DNA of 64,000 bases from a bacterium (GCA_029561455.1 JAKQIY010000047.1:332-64331), one strand, 5' to 3'. Positions 1-10,845 are shown, numbered from the stretch's first letter. Translations and numbers: made by a program. Notes: generated by a model not told the origin, from the letters alone.

Positions 1-1446
1 CGTCAGCAAACCAGCGGAATCTTTTATGCACCGCGCCGCCCTCCCGTGGGCATCGGTTACCTGGCGGAAGCGCTGCGTAAAAATAACATTACCTATATGA
101 TCATCGACCGCGAACTCGGCGGTTATACAATAGAGGAGATCGACCGCAAAATCCGCGACTTTAAACCGGACCTGGTCGGCATCAGCATGGTCACGCTCGG
201 TTACCTGGAATCCTACGCCCTTATCGCCCATATTAAAAACGATTTCGGCGTGGATACCATTATCGGCGGGCCGCATGTTTCCGCATTCGGCAAAGAAATA
301 CTGGTCGATTGCGCCGCGCTGGATTACGCCGTGCAAAGCGAAGGGGAAGAAGCGTTGGTAGAATTAATCCAGGGTAAACCGCTGGCTGAAATTAAAGGTT
401 TGTATTACCGTAATAACGCCCAGGTGGAATTTACCGGCAAGCGTCCCGCGGTGAGCGACATCGATTCTCTCACCTGGCCTACCTACACCGGGTTTGAAAT
501 GGAGCGATACCTGAGCAATGAAATGGGTATTCTCACCTCGCGCGGCTGTCCTTATGCCTGCACCTTTTGTTCAGTGCATACCATTATGGGCGCGAAAATC
601 CGCCTGCGCAGCGTACAGAGCGTGGTGGATGAAATGGAATACTGGTATAAAAAGAATTACAAGACCTTTCTTATCATGGACGATAATTTTACGTTCGACA
701 AACAACGGGTATTCGCTATATGTGATGATATTGAAAAACGCGGCATGAAAGACATCCGCATCAGTCTGGCCAACGGCGTGCGGGCGGATAAAGTGGATGA
801 ACCGATGCTGCGGCGGCTCAAGCAGGTCGGCGCCTGGGAAATCCAGATCGCCGTCGAATCCGCCAGCGACCGGGTGTTGAAAATTCTGCGTAAAGGCGAA
901 ACCCTGGAAACCATCCGCCAAGCTATTGATATTTCCTGCCGCCTGGATTACGATGTAGGCCTGAACTTTCTCATCGGTTCGCCGGGTGAAACCTGGGATG
1001 AAGTGCAGGAGTCATTCAAGTTTGTTAAAGACTATCCCCTGCAACTGGCATTCTACTTTAACATTATCCCCTATCCGGGCACGCGTCTGTTCGATTATTT
1101 AAATGAGAACAATTTAATGCGCGACGATCCGAAAAACTATCTCGGCACCCTGCGCGAGGGCGTGCCCCAGCCGGTATTCGAAACCCCGGAGCTATCCGTT
1201 GAGCAGCGTATAAAGCTGTTAAAGCAGGCGCGGCGGGTGAGCGAGAGTGTACGGCGGGCGTATATCAAGCGTCGTTTGTCACGATTCGGCCTGCTGGCCT
1301 GGCCGTTGGCCTTTCTTGGCTCGTGGACGGTGACGGCGTGGCTGTTAAAGCGGAACAAATTTGTCAGCAAGTATTTACTGCCGATCTATTACCGCATGCG
1401 TAAATACGAAGATCCGCAGAATGAAATTGTGCAGCAAGCGGACTAA
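1..1446 (+). CDS. B12-binding domain / radical SAM protein (5' end runs off the window)
   Basis: The frame is open from nt 1, so the ORF start at 46 is internal. The N-terminal part resembles a B12-binding domain ('GIGYLAEALRKN...DLVGISMVT'). The CxxxCxxC radical-SAM cluster motif 'SRGCPYACTFCS' is present. Confidence 0.75.
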   Translation, partial: RQQTSGIFYAPRRPPVGIGYLAEALRKNNITYMIIDRELGGYTIEEIDRKIRDFKPDLVGISMVTLGYLESYALIAHIKNDFGVDTIIGGPHVSAFGKEILVDCAALDYAVQSEGEEALVELIQGKPLAEIKGLYYRNNAQVEFTGKRPAVSDIDSLTWPTYTGFEMERYLSNEMGILTSRGCPYACTFCSVHTIMGAKIRLRSVQSVVDEMEYWYKKNYKTFLIMDDNFTFDKQRVFAICDDIEKRGMKDIRISLANGVRADKVDEPMLRRLKQVGAWEIQIAVESASDRVLKILRKGETLETIRQAIDISCRLDYDVGLNFLIGSPGETWDEVQESFKFVKDYPLQLAFYFNIIPYPGTRLFDYLNENNLMRDDPKNYLGTLREGVPQPVFETPELSVEQRIKLLKQARRVSESVRRAYIKRRLSRFGLLAWPLAFLGSWTVTAWLLKRNKFVSKYLLPIYYRMRKYEDPQNEIVQQAD

Positions 1447-1458
1447 TAATGTAAAAAC

Positions 1459-1497
1459 AAGCCGGTGATGTGGCAACGCAAACCGGCTTTATTTTTT
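1459..1497. terminator. Bidirectional Rho-independent terminator between convergent radical-SAM and trkH genes
   Basis: Hairpin 'caagccggt...accggctt' followed by 'tattttttcc'. The stop codons of both convergent genes flank it. Confidence 0.6.
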
Positions 1498-2931
1498 CCA
1501 GAATTCGGGGACGAATAAAATAAGAATAGTATAGAGTTCCAGTCTGCCCAGTAGCATAAAGAACGATAATGCCCATTTCCCGCCGGCGGGGACAAATGCA
1601 TAATTATCCATAGGCCCGGCAACGGCCAGGCCGGGACCGATATTGCCCAGGGTCGCTGCCACGCTGGACCCGGCGGTTACCAGATCCAGTCCGAAACAGG
1701 TCATAATGATCGAGCCGATAATAAAAATAAGCATATAAATAATGAAAAAGCCCAGCACCTCGGTCACCACTTCCGGTTGTATAACCCGGCCGCCCAAACG
1801 CATGGGGATATAGGCATTAGGGTGGAGCAGCTTGCGTAATTCCAGGACGCCCTGTTTTAAAACGATCATAAAACGGATGACCTTTATGGCGCCGCCGGTG
1901 GAACCTGCGCAGCCACCGACAAACATCAATACCAATAGCGCTATCTGCCCCGCGTGAGCCCATTTTTCAAAATCCGCCGTCACAAAACCTGTAGTGGTGA
2001 GAATAGAAACTACCTGAAAAGCCGCCGCCCGTAACGACTGACCGGCATTATGGTAATTACTGAAATAAACAACGATAGTAACAAACAGGATCGAAAGCGT
2101 TGTAAATTTGATGTAAAATAAAAATTCCCGGTCTTTCCAGTACGACTTGAAATTTCCTTTTAAAAAAGCGTAATGTAAACTAAAATTGACGCCGGCCATG
2201 AACATAAAGAAAATGATTACAATTTCAATATAAAGGCTGTTATAATACCCCACGCTGGTATTTTTAGTTGAAAAACCGCCGGTGGCCATGGACCCAAAAG
2301 TGTGACACAGAGAATCGAACAGGGTCATTCCGCCCAGCATCAGCAGGCCGGTTTGTAATGCGGACATGAGGAAATATACAACCCATAATATTTTTGCGGT
2401 ATCGCGGATACGGGGACTGAGTTTGTCCGGCGAAGGTCCCGGCACCTCGGCCTTGTAAAGCTGCATACCGCCGACTCCCAAAATCGGCAAAATGGCCAGG
2501 GAGAGCACAATAATTCCCATTCCACCCAGCCAATGGGTTAAACTACGCCAGAAGAGCAAACCATGCGGAACAGTTTCCACATTGGGCAGGATACTGGCTC
2601 CGGTGGTGGTAAAGCCGGACATGGTTTCGAAAAAGGCGTCGGTATAGGAGGGGATAGCGCCGCCGATAACAAAGGGAATGGCGCCAAATGCAGCCAAAAG
2701 AGTCCAGCCCAGGGCAACAATAACAAAGCCTTCACGAATGCCAAGATCTTTTTTAGAACCGGTAGGCAGGAACAGGGCCGCGCCGCAGCCCAGGCATATT
2801 AGCGCCGAAGTAATGATAGCCTGGGCGTCCCCATCGCCATAATAATATGAAAAGGGTAATGGTAATAACAGGGAAAGACCTTCAAACAGTAACAACGCGC
2901 CAAGTATATGTAATATCACCCGATAATTCAT
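1489..2931 (-). CDS. trkH: Trk-type K+ uptake transporter subunit TrkH
   Basis: 480 aa, polytopic, with repeated pore-loop signatures typical of the TrkH/KtrB family ('TTTGFS', 'GGFSTKN'). It is adjacent to trkA. Confidence 0.85.
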   Translation of the reverse strand: MNYRVILHILGALLLFEGLSLLLPLPFSYYYGDGDAQAIITSALICLGCGAALFLPTGSKKDLGIREGFVIVALGWTLLAAFGAIPFVIGGAIPSYTDAFFETMSGFTTTGASILPNVETVPHGLLFWRSLTHWLGGMGIIVLSLAILPILGVGGMQLYKAEVPGPSPDKLSPRIRDTAKILWVVYFLMSALQTGLLMLGGMTLFDSLCHTFGSMATGGFSTKNTSVGYYNSLYIEIVIIFFMFMAGVNFSLHYAFLKGNFKSYWKDREFLFYIKFTTLSILFVTIVVYFSNYHNAGQSLRAAAFQVVSILTTTGFVTADFEKWAHAGQIALLVLMFVGGCAGSTGGAIKVIRFMIVLKQGVLELRKLLHPNAYIPMRLGGRVIQPEVVTEVLGFFIIYMLIFIIGSIIMTCFGLDLVTAGSSVAATLGNIGPGLAVAGPMDNYAFVPAGGKWALSFFMLLGRLELYTILILFVPEFWKK

Positions 2932-2949
2932 GAACAGGCCTGAAATAAT

Positions 2950-4296
2950 TTAAATAAACATGGATTCAACTAGTTTGATAGCGGAAGGCAGGGCAAAGAT
3001 GATCAATTTATCCCCCGGTTCAATAACCGAGTCGCCTGTGGGCACAAATACCTGGTCGCCGCGGGTTATCATGCCGATGAGCATGTTCTGCGGCAGTTTG
3101 GCTTTTTTAAGGGATTTACGGGCTATTTTTGCTTGCGGTCCTGCCAATATTTCAAAAATTTCCGCATCGATACCGCGCAAAGTGGCAAACGAAACAATTG
3201 TACCGCGGCGGATATAACGCAAAATCGCGTTAGCGGTGATCATTTGCTGGTCTACTGCCGCATCCAGGCCGATGGATGACATGACCGGCATATAATCGGA
3301 ACGGTTGACGAGCGCCAGGGTGCGGGTAACACCCATGTGCCGCGCCAGCAGGCAGGAGATGATATTGGTCTCTTCGTCGTTGGTCACGGCGACATAACCG
3401 TCCATATCCATAATGCCTTCAGCAGCCAGCAGGTCAATGTCGGTGCCGTCGCCCATGATGATCAGGGTTCTTTTGACGGCATTGGCAATGATCTGCGATT
3501 TCTCCCGGCTGGATTCGATCAGTTTAATATTAATGCTGCGGTCTTTTTCCAATTCGGCCGCCACCAACCTGCCCACCTTGCCGCCGCCCAGGATCATTAT
3601 GTTTTCCAGCTTTTCTTCGCTTTTGCCGGCAATCTCCAATACTTTCGGCACACTTGCTGTTGGCGTAATAAAGAACAACTGGTCGCCCCGGTTAATAATA
3701 TCCTTACCCGTCGGGATAATGGTAGTATTGCCCCGGAAAATAGCAACAATACGGAACAAGACATCGGGGAACAGTTCGCTTATCTGGATCAGGTTTTTGT
3801 TGATGATTGGAGCGTTCAACCCGATACGTACACCGATCAGTTGCACCCGGCCTTCGGCAAATTCCAGCACATCGGTAGCGGAGGTACGCCGCAGCAGCAG
3901 CACCAGTTCGCGGGCGGTTTCTTCTTCGGGATGAATGATATAATCGATACCCATATCACTTTTTTGCAACCAGCCTTTGGGATCGCTGTATTCCGTGTTG
4001 CGCAGCCGGGCGATTTTGGTTTTAACGCCGGCCTTGGCGGCGATCATACACGCCATAATGTTAACTTCATCGTTTGCGGTAACGGTGATGATCATATCAC
4101 AATGCTTAATACCGGCGCGATTGAGGGCTTCCTGGCTGGCGCCGTTGCCCTCGATGACCATGGCGTCGACCAGTTCGTTGGCCCGGCGGCTTGTTTCTGC
4201 ATTATTCTCAATGATAATAACATCATGATTTTCCGACGTCAGTTTTTTAGCCAGATATAACCCGACCCGCCCGGCGCCGACAATGATGACTTTCAT
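2950..4296 (-). CDS. trkA: Trk K+ uptake regulatory subunit TrkA (full-length, two RCK_N/RCK_C pairs)
   Basis: 448 aa with the Rossmann motif 'MKVIIVGAGRVGLYLAKKL'. A second NAD-binding repeat ('IMILGGGKVGRLVAAEL') indicates the N-C-N-C architecture. Confidence 0.85.
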   Translation of the reverse strand: MKVIIVGAGRVGLYLAKKLTSENHDVIIIENNAETSRRANELVDAMVIEGNGASQEALNRAGIKHCDMIITVTANDEVNIMACMIAAKAGVKTKIARLRNTEYSDPKGWLQKSDMGIDYIIHPEEETARELVLLLRRTSATDVLEFAEGRVQLIGVRIGLNAPIINKNLIQISELFPDVLFRIVAIFRGNTTIIPTGKDIINRGDQLFFITPTASVPKVLEIAGKSEEKLENIMILGGGKVGRLVAAELEKDRSINIKLIESSREKSQIIANAVKRTLIIMGDGTDIDLLAAEGIMDMDGYVAVTNDEETNIISCLLARHMGVTRTLALVNRSDYMPVMSSIGLDAAVDQQMITANAILRYIRRGTIVSFATLRGIDAEIFEILAGPQAKIARKSLKKAKLPQNMLIGMITRGDQVFVPTGDSVIEPGDKLIIFALPSAIKLVESMFI

Positions 4297-4685
4297 TTAT
4301 ATATCTCGATACTTTTCACTATAAATTGAATTTTCGCAAAAAATAGTATTTTGAACACACAAACTTAAAGGTACAAAATTTTTGCATTAAAAACCAGCAA
4401 AGGATAAACTATCAAAAATTTTATTTACTATTCTCTTTGAAAATATTTTTTTTGTTTGTATAATATAAAGAAAAAAATATGATAATAAAAGCAAATGGAA
4501 ATTTTAATATGCTCTAAATAAACCAGATTAAAAATTATCTCCTGCCCGTCAAATTCATTTCTCAAATTCATAGACCTACACGTTAAATTTTCAATGTAAT
4601 AGTTCAGTTGTCATACCGCGTCCAGAAAGCCGATGGTGTGTTTTAATTTCCAGAAAATCTAGTTATTATTATATTTTGAGATTGT

Positions 4686-6554
4686 ATGGTAAAATCTTTT
4701 CAACAGCGTATTCTTTTTGGATACAGCATTTCCCTAGTTCTCATAGTAATTATTTTGCTATGGTCAATGTCGCAACTTTCTCGTTTGAGCGAGGCCAGTA
4801 ATGCCATTTTAAAAGAAAATTATAAAAGCATTCTCGCGGCTGAGAATATGATCGACGCCCTGGAACGGCAGAATAGTGCCATATTGTTGATCATTACCGG
4901 TAATGGGGCAAAAGGCGAAAAACAGTTCAGTGAAAGCGAAAGCGAATTTTTGCAATGGTTTACCCGCGCAAAAGATAATATTACGATAAAAGGCGAAAAA
5001 GATATCATCGATAGTTTGAATACCGCCTATAATAAATACCTGTTTAACTGTAAAAAGATATTTAGCCCGGATCGGGAGCCAGTGACGAGTATAAATTTCG
5101 ATCGGGATATATATCCCAATTTTTTATCAATAAGACAAATGTGTGTTGATTTACGTGAATTAAATCAAAACACCATGTTCACCAGCAGCAATCGGGCGGT
5201 GGTAATCGGTAACCGGGCGCGTTTATCATTAATGATTATTGGTATTATTGCCATTTGTATCGGCATCGGTTTCAGCCTGGTAGTATCGAACCTGGTGGTT
5301 CGCCCGGTATTACGCATAAAAGAAGCCGCACAAAAAATCATGGAAGGGGATTATGATATTCATATTGCTGCGGAAACATCCGATGAAATTGGTCAATTGA
5401 CCCTGGTTTTCAATGAAATGGTCAACAAACTCCGCATTTACCGGGATATGAATATCGACCGTATCGTGGCGGAGCGCAGCAAAAACGACGCTATTATCCG
5501 CAGTATCGATGACGGGATTATTGTTGTGGATAACGAATTTAGAATTACCAATATTAACCCCAGCGCTGTCCAATCTTTGAACCTGAATATATCTAAAGAG
5601 ATAACCGGCGAACATTTTTTAGGAATAATCCAAAATGAAGTTTTATTTCATTATATCAAAGAAACGGTGCAAAGCGCGGCGCCTTGCCCGATAGAAGATA
5701 AAGATACCATATTGACCATCGACAAGGGTGGAGATAAACAGCATTACCAGTACTCTATAACCCCTGTTCTTTCCAAATCCGGGACTATGTTGGGTGTTGT
5801 TTTGTTATTGCGTAATATTACAAAGCTAAAAGAAATTGACCGATTGAAAAGTGAGTTTGTTATGGCGGCCTCGCATGAATTACGCACACCGTTAACCAGC
5901 ATTATCATGAGTGTGGAATTATTGCGCGAAAACGCCATTTTACATCAAAATGAAAATGTTGAAAAACTACTCGGCGTAATTCACGAAGAGTTACAGCGAT
6001 TAAAAATCCTGGTTAATGATTTACTGGATTTATCGAAAATAGAATCCGGTAAATTGGAAATCAATTTTGAAAAAGTAAATATTCAAAACCTGGTCGAGCG
6101 CGCTATCGCTTTATTAAAAACCCAGGCGCTGGAAAGTGGCGTCAAGTTAGAGACTCAAATAGCGCCTGAATTACCACTGGTATTTGCAGATGCCAACAAG
6201 ATAACCTGGGTATTAACTAATCTTATCGCCAATGCGTTGCGCTACACCGATATAGAAGGGCATATACTTGTCCAGGCCGGACAAATCGGTTCACTATTAC
6301 ACGTATCGGTAATTGATGACGGTATTGGAATACCTTATGAATTACAAAGTAAAATATTTGATAAATTTGTTCAAGTAAAGGGAACCAGAGAAGCAGGGGG
6401 CAGCGGCCTGGGTTTATCCATAAGCCGGGAAATCATCCGCGCGCACAGTGGTACAATTTGGGTTGAATCCACACCCGGCGAGGGAAGTGTTTTCACTTTT
6501 ACTTTACCTGTAATCGCTACAGAACAAAAAGGAGAATTAAATGATAAGGAATAG
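4686..6554 (+). CDS. Sensor histidine kinase (2 TM + periplasmic sensor, HAMP, PAS, HisKA, HATPase_c)
   Basis: Two hydrophobic segments flank a ~150-aa extracytoplasmic domain. The H-box 'ASHELRTPLTSI' is present. The C-terminal ATPase carries 'GGSGLGLSISREII'. Confidence 0.8.
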   Translation: MVKSFQQRILFGYSISLVLIVIILLWSMSQLSRLSEASNAILKENYKSILAAENMIDALERQNSAILLIITGNGAKGEKQFSESESEFLQWFTRAKDNITIKGEKDIIDSLNTAYNKYLFNCKKIFSPDREPVTSINFDRDIYPNFLSIRQMCVDLRELNQNTMFTSSNRAVVIGNRARLSLMIIGIIAICIGIGFSLVVSNLVVRPVLRIKEAAQKIMEGDYDIHIAAETSDEIGQLTLVFNEMVNKLRIYRDMNIDRIVAERSKNDAIIRSIDDGIIVVDNEFRITNINPSAVQSLNLNISKEITGEHFLGIIQNEVLFHYIKETVQSAAPCPIEDKDTILTIDKGGDKQHYQYSITPVLSKSGTMLGVVLLLRNITKLKEIDRLKSEFVMAASHELRTPLTSIIMSVELLRENAILHQNENVEKLLGVIHEELQRLKILVNDLLDLSKIESGKLEINFEKVNIQNLVERAIALLKTQALESGVKLETQIAPELPLVFADANKITWVLTNLIANALRYTDIEGHILVQAGQIGSLLHVSVIDDGIGIPYELQSKIFDKFVQVKGTREAGGSGLGLSISREIIRAHSGTIWVESTPGEGSVFTFTLPVIATEQKGELNDKE

Positions 6555-7212
6555 TTCGATTTTAATTGTTGATGATGAAAAAAACATCCGTTTCACACTG
6601 ACCGAGGCATTAACGTCTTTGGCGGCAGAAATTGATACCGCAATTAATGCTGAAGAGGCATTGGAAAAAATCAAACAAAAGAGTTATTCAGTAATGTTAT
6701 TAGATCTGAAACTACCAGGTATGGATGGTATTTCCTTTCTGAAAATGATAAATGAAATCCGTCCGGAAATCCGGGTTATAATTATTACTGCGCATGGTAG
6801 CATCGAGTCTGCCGTCGATGCTATGAAACTTGGCGCGGTCGATTTTATTCAAAAGCCGTTTGTACCCAATGAAATAAGGGAACTGGTTTCCCAGGTATTA
6901 GAACGTGAAACCCTGGATGAAAAAAATGTACAGGACTATAATGGTTTTCTTGAACTGGCCAAAAAAAGTATTGGCGACCATTATATCGAATCAGCCATTG
7001 AATTTGTAAAAAAGGCCATAAATATCGATTCAAAACGGCCGGAAGCATATAATTTACTGGGAGTCTTGCTCGAATTACAGCATGACCGTGAAGGAGCGCA
7101 AAGAAATTACCGCGTGGCCTTATCACTCGATCCCTCTTATGAACCGGCGCAAAAGAATCTTAGCAGGACGACTCATTCCAGTCTTAATGGTAAAATTAAT
7201 TTAGGTGAATAA
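6541..7212 (+). CDS. Response regulator, receiver domain + TPR-like C-terminal domain (no DNA-binding domain)
   Basis: The REC motifs 'ILIVDDE...' and 'LLDLKLPGMDG' are present. The C-terminal half is helical repeats ('AYNLLGVLLELQHDREGAQRNYRVALSLDP'). The start overlaps the kinase stop. Confidence 0.75.
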   Translation: MIRNSSILIVDDEKNIRFTLTEALTSLAAEIDTAINAEEALEKIKQKSYSVMLLDLKLPGMDGISFLKMINEIRPEIRVIIITAHGSIESAVDAMKLGAVDFIQKPFVPNEIRELVSQVLERETLDEKNVQDYNGFLELAKKSIGDHYIESAIEFVKKAINIDSKRPEAYNLLGVLLELQHDREGAQRNYRVALSLDPSYEPAQKNLSRTTHSSLNGKINLGE

Positions 7213-7229
7213 AAACAGAAAGAATCATA

Positions 7230-7655
7230 ATGTTATATATAATAGTAATTGGCTGTGGGCGGCTGGGCTCCTATCTTGCCAATAGTCTAAGCCGTACCGG
7301 GCATAGTATAGTTATAATTGATAAAAATCAAAATACGTCCAGGTTGCTCAATTCCGAATTTAGCGGCTTTTTTATTGAAGGCGACGCTACTGAATTTTCC
7401 GTACTAAAACAAGCTAGAATTGACAAATCTGATGTTGTCGTTGCAACAACCCAGGATGATAACCTTAACCTGATGGTAGCGCAAATTGCCAAACAGATAT
7501 ATCAGGTTAAAAGAGTCGTTGCCCGCGTCTTTGACCCGAACCGTGAAATAATATACCGTGATTTTGGCATAGAAACAATTTGCCCCACTATTATTTCCGG
7601 CGAAGTGTTTCTGGATGCGATTTCCGTTCCACCTGCTGCAATGGGAGGTAAATAA
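7230..7655 (+). CDS. TrkA/KtrA-like RCK_N (NAD-binding) domain protein, split TrkA part 1
   Basis: 141 aa with the motif 'IIVIGCGRLGSYLANSL'. There is no RCK_C domain. Confidence 0.7.
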   Translation: MLYIIVIGCGRLGSYLANSLSRTGHSIVIIDKNQNTSRLLNSEFSGFFIEGDATEFSVLKQARIDKSDVVVATTQDDNLNLMVAQIAKQIYQVKRVVARVFDPNREIIYRDFGIETICPTIISGEVFLDAISVPPAAMGGK

Positions 7656-8320
7656 TGCATATAATCATTGTAGGAGGGGATAAAATAGTCTATTTTTTAA
7701 CCCGTTTGTTTCAATCCAAAGGACATACAGTAACAATCATCAACCGTGATTATGATGACTGTACCCGCCTGGCTCGGTCTTTAAAGTCTGTGATCATACA
7801 TGGCGACGGCAGCGATCCGGCAATACTTGAAGAAGCCGGCGCTTTTACCTGTAATGCCATTCTTGCTATAACACCAAACGATCAGGACAATCTCATTATT
7901 TGTCAACTCGGCTCTAAACGCTTTCATATCACAAAGACCCTGGCTCTTGTAAACGATCCTGATAATGAAACGGTCTTTACAAAGTTGGGGGTCTCCACTG
8001 TTTTTTCTATAACGCGGATTCTTTCCAACCTGATTGAACAGCAAACCGCGTTTGAAAATGTGATCAATTTAATCCCGGCCGCCGGGGGTAAAGTGAATAT
8101 GACTGAGATAATTCTGGACGGGGAATCACCTGTTATTGGCCGCCGGATCAAAGACCTTCTTTTCCCTGTAAATTCTTTAATTACAATTATTTTGCGTAAT
8201 GATGAACCGATCGTGCCCGGCGGCGATACAACATTACTGGAAAATGATCGTATTGTGGTTATGACTTTACCTGAAAATCATGCGCAGGTAATACGATTAC
8301 TCACCGGCGAATATATGTGA
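7655..8320 (+). CDS. TrkA/KtrA-like RCK_N + RCK_C domain protein, split TrkA part 2
   Basis: 221 aa with 'MHIIIVGGDKIVYFLTRL'. A C-terminal TrkA_C-like region follows. The ORF is translationally coupled with its neighbours (ATGA-type overlaps). Confidence 0.7.
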   Translation: MHIIIVGGDKIVYFLTRLFQSKGHTVTIINRDYDDCTRLARSLKSVIIHGDGSDPAILEEAGAFTCNAILAITPNDQDNLIICQLGSKRFHITKTLALVNDPDNETVFTKLGVSTVFSITRILSNLIEQQTAFENVINLIPAAGGKVNMTEIILDGESPVIGRRIKDLLFPVNSLITIILRNDEPIVPGGDTTLLENDRIVVMTLPENHAQVIRLLTGEYM

Positions 8321-9807
8321 AAGGGAAAAACGTGTCCGCATCTGCATATAATTACATGCAAAATAAATATTCAGCAATATTATCTTATACAGGGACTATT
8401 CTCATCATTACCAGCATGTTGTTTATTACTCCTCTGTTTCTGTTGATGTTTTATCCATTTGAATCCGGGCAAAGTGCGGGTTTTGTTTTGCCAATGGCGG
8501 GTCTGGCCGGGTTGGGCTTTATACTTAGAACAATTACCCGTAAACGCGCTCCGGTTGTTTTGAATGTACAGGAAGGAAGTATCATCGTTTTGTTAAGCTG
8601 GATCGTGGTATGTATTTTTTCAGCCTTGCCATTGATGATTAATTGTCAATTAAATTTTACCCAGGCTATATTTGAATCAGTAAGCGGCTGGACCACGACC
8701 GGGCTATCTGTAGTCGATGTTACCAAGGTATCCCATCTGGTTTTATTCTGGCGCAGTATTATGCAGTTTGCCGGCGGCGCCGGTTTGGTAATTATCATGT
8801 TATCGGCAATAGCCGGGCCGCCCGGTCCTGGTTTGTCCCTGGCGGAAGGGCGAACTGATTTGTTGGTGCCTCATGTTCAACAATCGGCTAAACTGGTAAT
8901 GATAATATATGTTTCCATGATCTTTATTGGTACACTTTTATATATATTGGCCGGCATGTCTGCTTTTGACGCTATTAATCATTCAATTGCGGCATTATCG
9001 ACCGGTGGATTTTCAACCCGGGTAGAAAGTATTGGCTATTGGAATTCTCCGGCAATTGAATTAATTACCATTATTCTGATGATAATCGGTAACATTAATT
9101 TTTTGACCATTTATTTATTGATAAACAGGAATTTCAAAGCCTTTATCCGGAATGGAGAAATAAGATTATCGGCTTTATTAATTTTAGTCAGTTTTATTAT
9201 TTTACTTTTTTTTGTAACAATACCATTATATGATACTTTATCATCAAGTTTGCGTGTAGCAATTTTTGAAGGCGTATCTGCATTAACCACAACAGGCTAT
9301 ACGATTACTACCTATAGTAACTGGAATACGACTGGCTATTTTGTTTTAATCATTCTCATGTTAATAGGTGGAGGAACCTGTTCCACTGCCGGCGGTTTAA
9401 AACAATACCGTGTCTATTTAATGTATAAATTGTTAAGAACTGAATTTAAACGCGCTTTGTTACCGCGCTCTGCCGTCATTACGCCATTTATATGGCAGGG
9501 AGATCGAAAAGAATATATTAATGATAATTATATCCGGCAACTCATCTCTTTTGTTTTTTTGTTTATATGCGTCTATGCCGTTGGTGTATTGATATTATCA
9601 TTCTACGGTTATCGTCTGGAGGATGCCATGTTTGAATTTGCTTCGTCGCTTAGCGATGTAGGTCTATCCGCAGGAATAACCAAAAGTGACGCCCCCGCAG
9701 TTGTGTTATGGACTGAAACAATAGGTATGTTTCTTGGCCGTTTGGAAATTTTTGTGATTTTTACCAGTTCTGTAAAGCTTTTTAAAGATTTATTTTTAAA
9801 AATATAA
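8317..9807 (+). CDS. TrkH/KtrB-family cation transporter
   Basis: 496 aa, polytopic, with the pore signatures 'SGWTTTGLS', 'STGGFST', 'TTTGYT' and 'GGGTCSTAGGLK'. Confidence 0.8.
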   Translation: MKGKNVSASAYNYMQNKYSAILSYTGTILIITSMLFITPLFLLMFYPFESGQSAGFVLPMAGLAGLGFILRTITRKRAPVVLNVQEGSIIVLLSWIVVCIFSALPLMINCQLNFTQAIFESVSGWTTTGLSVVDVTKVSHLVLFWRSIMQFAGGAGLVIIMLSAIAGPPGPGLSLAEGRTDLLVPHVQQSAKLVMIIYVSMIFIGTLLYILAGMSAFDAINHSIAALSTGGFSTRVESIGYWNSPAIELITIILMIIGNINFLTIYLLINRNFKAFIRNGEIRLSALLILVSFIILLFFVTIPLYDTLSSSLRVAIFEGVSALTTTGYTITTYSNWNTTGYFVLIILMLIGGGTCSTAGGLKQYRVYLMYKLLRTEFKRALLPRSAVITPFIWQGDRKEYINDNYIRQLISFVFLFICVYAVGVLILSFYGYRLEDAMFEFASSLSDVGLSAGITKSDAPAVVLWTETIGMFLGRLEIFVIFTSSVKLFKDLFLKI

Positions 9808-9810
9808 AAT

Positions 9811-10845
9811 TCAATTTTTAAAAATTTTCCCAAACACCTCCAGAACCCGGTCAATATCCGCGTCGTTTATTTCCAGGTGAGTAACAAAGCGGATTTTTGT
9901 AGCGGAGAAATCCATGCACAATACGCCCTGCTCGCCTAACTTTTTACACAAGGTCTTAGCATCGACGCCGTAATCCTTAAAATCGGCAATGACGATGTTG
10001 GTGCGGGTTTCTTCAAGATTAATCGATACGCCTTGGACGGAATGCAGAAACGTAGCAATTCTAAAGGCGCGGGCGTGGTCGTCGGCCAGGCGTTGAATAT
10101 TATTTTCTACGGCATACAAGGCCGCAGCCGCCAGGATACCGGCCTGGCGCATGCCGCCACCCAGCATTTTGCGGACACGGTGCGCCTTGTTGACCAGTTC
10201 CATCGAACCGGCTATGGCCGAGCCCACCGGCGCGCCCAGCCCTTTGGAAAAACAAACGGACACGGAATCAAAGTATTGTGCATATTCGTGCAGGGGAATA
10301 CCGGTGGCGATATGCGCATTCCACAGGCGCGCGCCGTCCAGATGCATTTTCAAATCGTAAAAATCCACCAGCTGGCGGATTTCTTTAATAACCTCCAGGG
10401 GATAGATCGTACCCCCGGCGCGGTTATGAGTGTTTTCCAGTTCAATAAGCCGGGTTTGCGGATAATGGCTGTCCTTTGGGCGAATGACCGGCTTGATCTG
10501 CTGCGGGGTAATAATGCCATATACACCCGGCAGCGGGTGCAGTTGTACGCCGGACAGGAACGCCGGGGAGCCGCCTTCGTAATTGAAAATGTGACTGTTG
10601 ACATCGCAGATCACTTCATCGCCGGGGATAGTGTGGCACTTGATGGCGATTTGATTGGCCATAGTACCGCTGGGCACAAACAAAGCAGCTTCCTTACCCA
10701 GCAGCGCCGCTACTTTTTTCTGCAATTTATTGATTGTGGGATCTTCGCCGAACACATCATCGCCAACCTCGGCGTTAGCTATGGCCGCACGCATCGCCGG
10801 GGTGGGTTTGGTTATGGTGTCGCTGCGTAAATCTATTGTTTTCAT
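9811..10845 (-). CDS. ltaE: Low-specificity L-threonine aldolase
   Basis: The N-terminus '[22 protein letters not shown]...[10 protein letters not shown]' is characteristic. The fold is a PLP-dependent aminotransferase type. Confidence 0.8.
   Translation of the reverse strand: MKTIDLRSDTITKPTPAMRAAIANAEVGDDVFGEDPTINKLQKKVAALLGKEAALFVPSGTMANQIAIKCHTIPGDEVICDVNSHIFNYEGGSPAFLSGVQLHPLPGVYGIITPQQIKPVIRPKDSHYPQTRLIELENTHNRAGGTIYPLEVIKEIRQLVDFYDLKMHLDGARLWNAHIATGIPLHEYAQYFDSVSVCFSKGLGAPVGSAIAGSMELVNKAHRVRKMLGGGMRQAGILAAAALYAVENNIQRLADDHARAFRIATFLHSVQGVSINLEETRTNIVIADFKDYGVDAKTLCKKLGEQGVLCMDFSATKIRFVTHLEINDADIDRVLEVFGKIFKN

Noticed and set aside
3337-4260. 307-aa ORF on + strand (and 173/83-aa ORFs) inside trkA
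   Set aside because: It is antisense to a well-supported TrkA gene. The sequence is low-complexity Gly/Asp/His-rich with no motif, as expected of a shadow ORF.
10033-10830. 265-aa ORF on + strand inside ltaE
   Set aside because: It is antisense to a threonine aldolase gene with a clear family signature. It is a shadow ORF.
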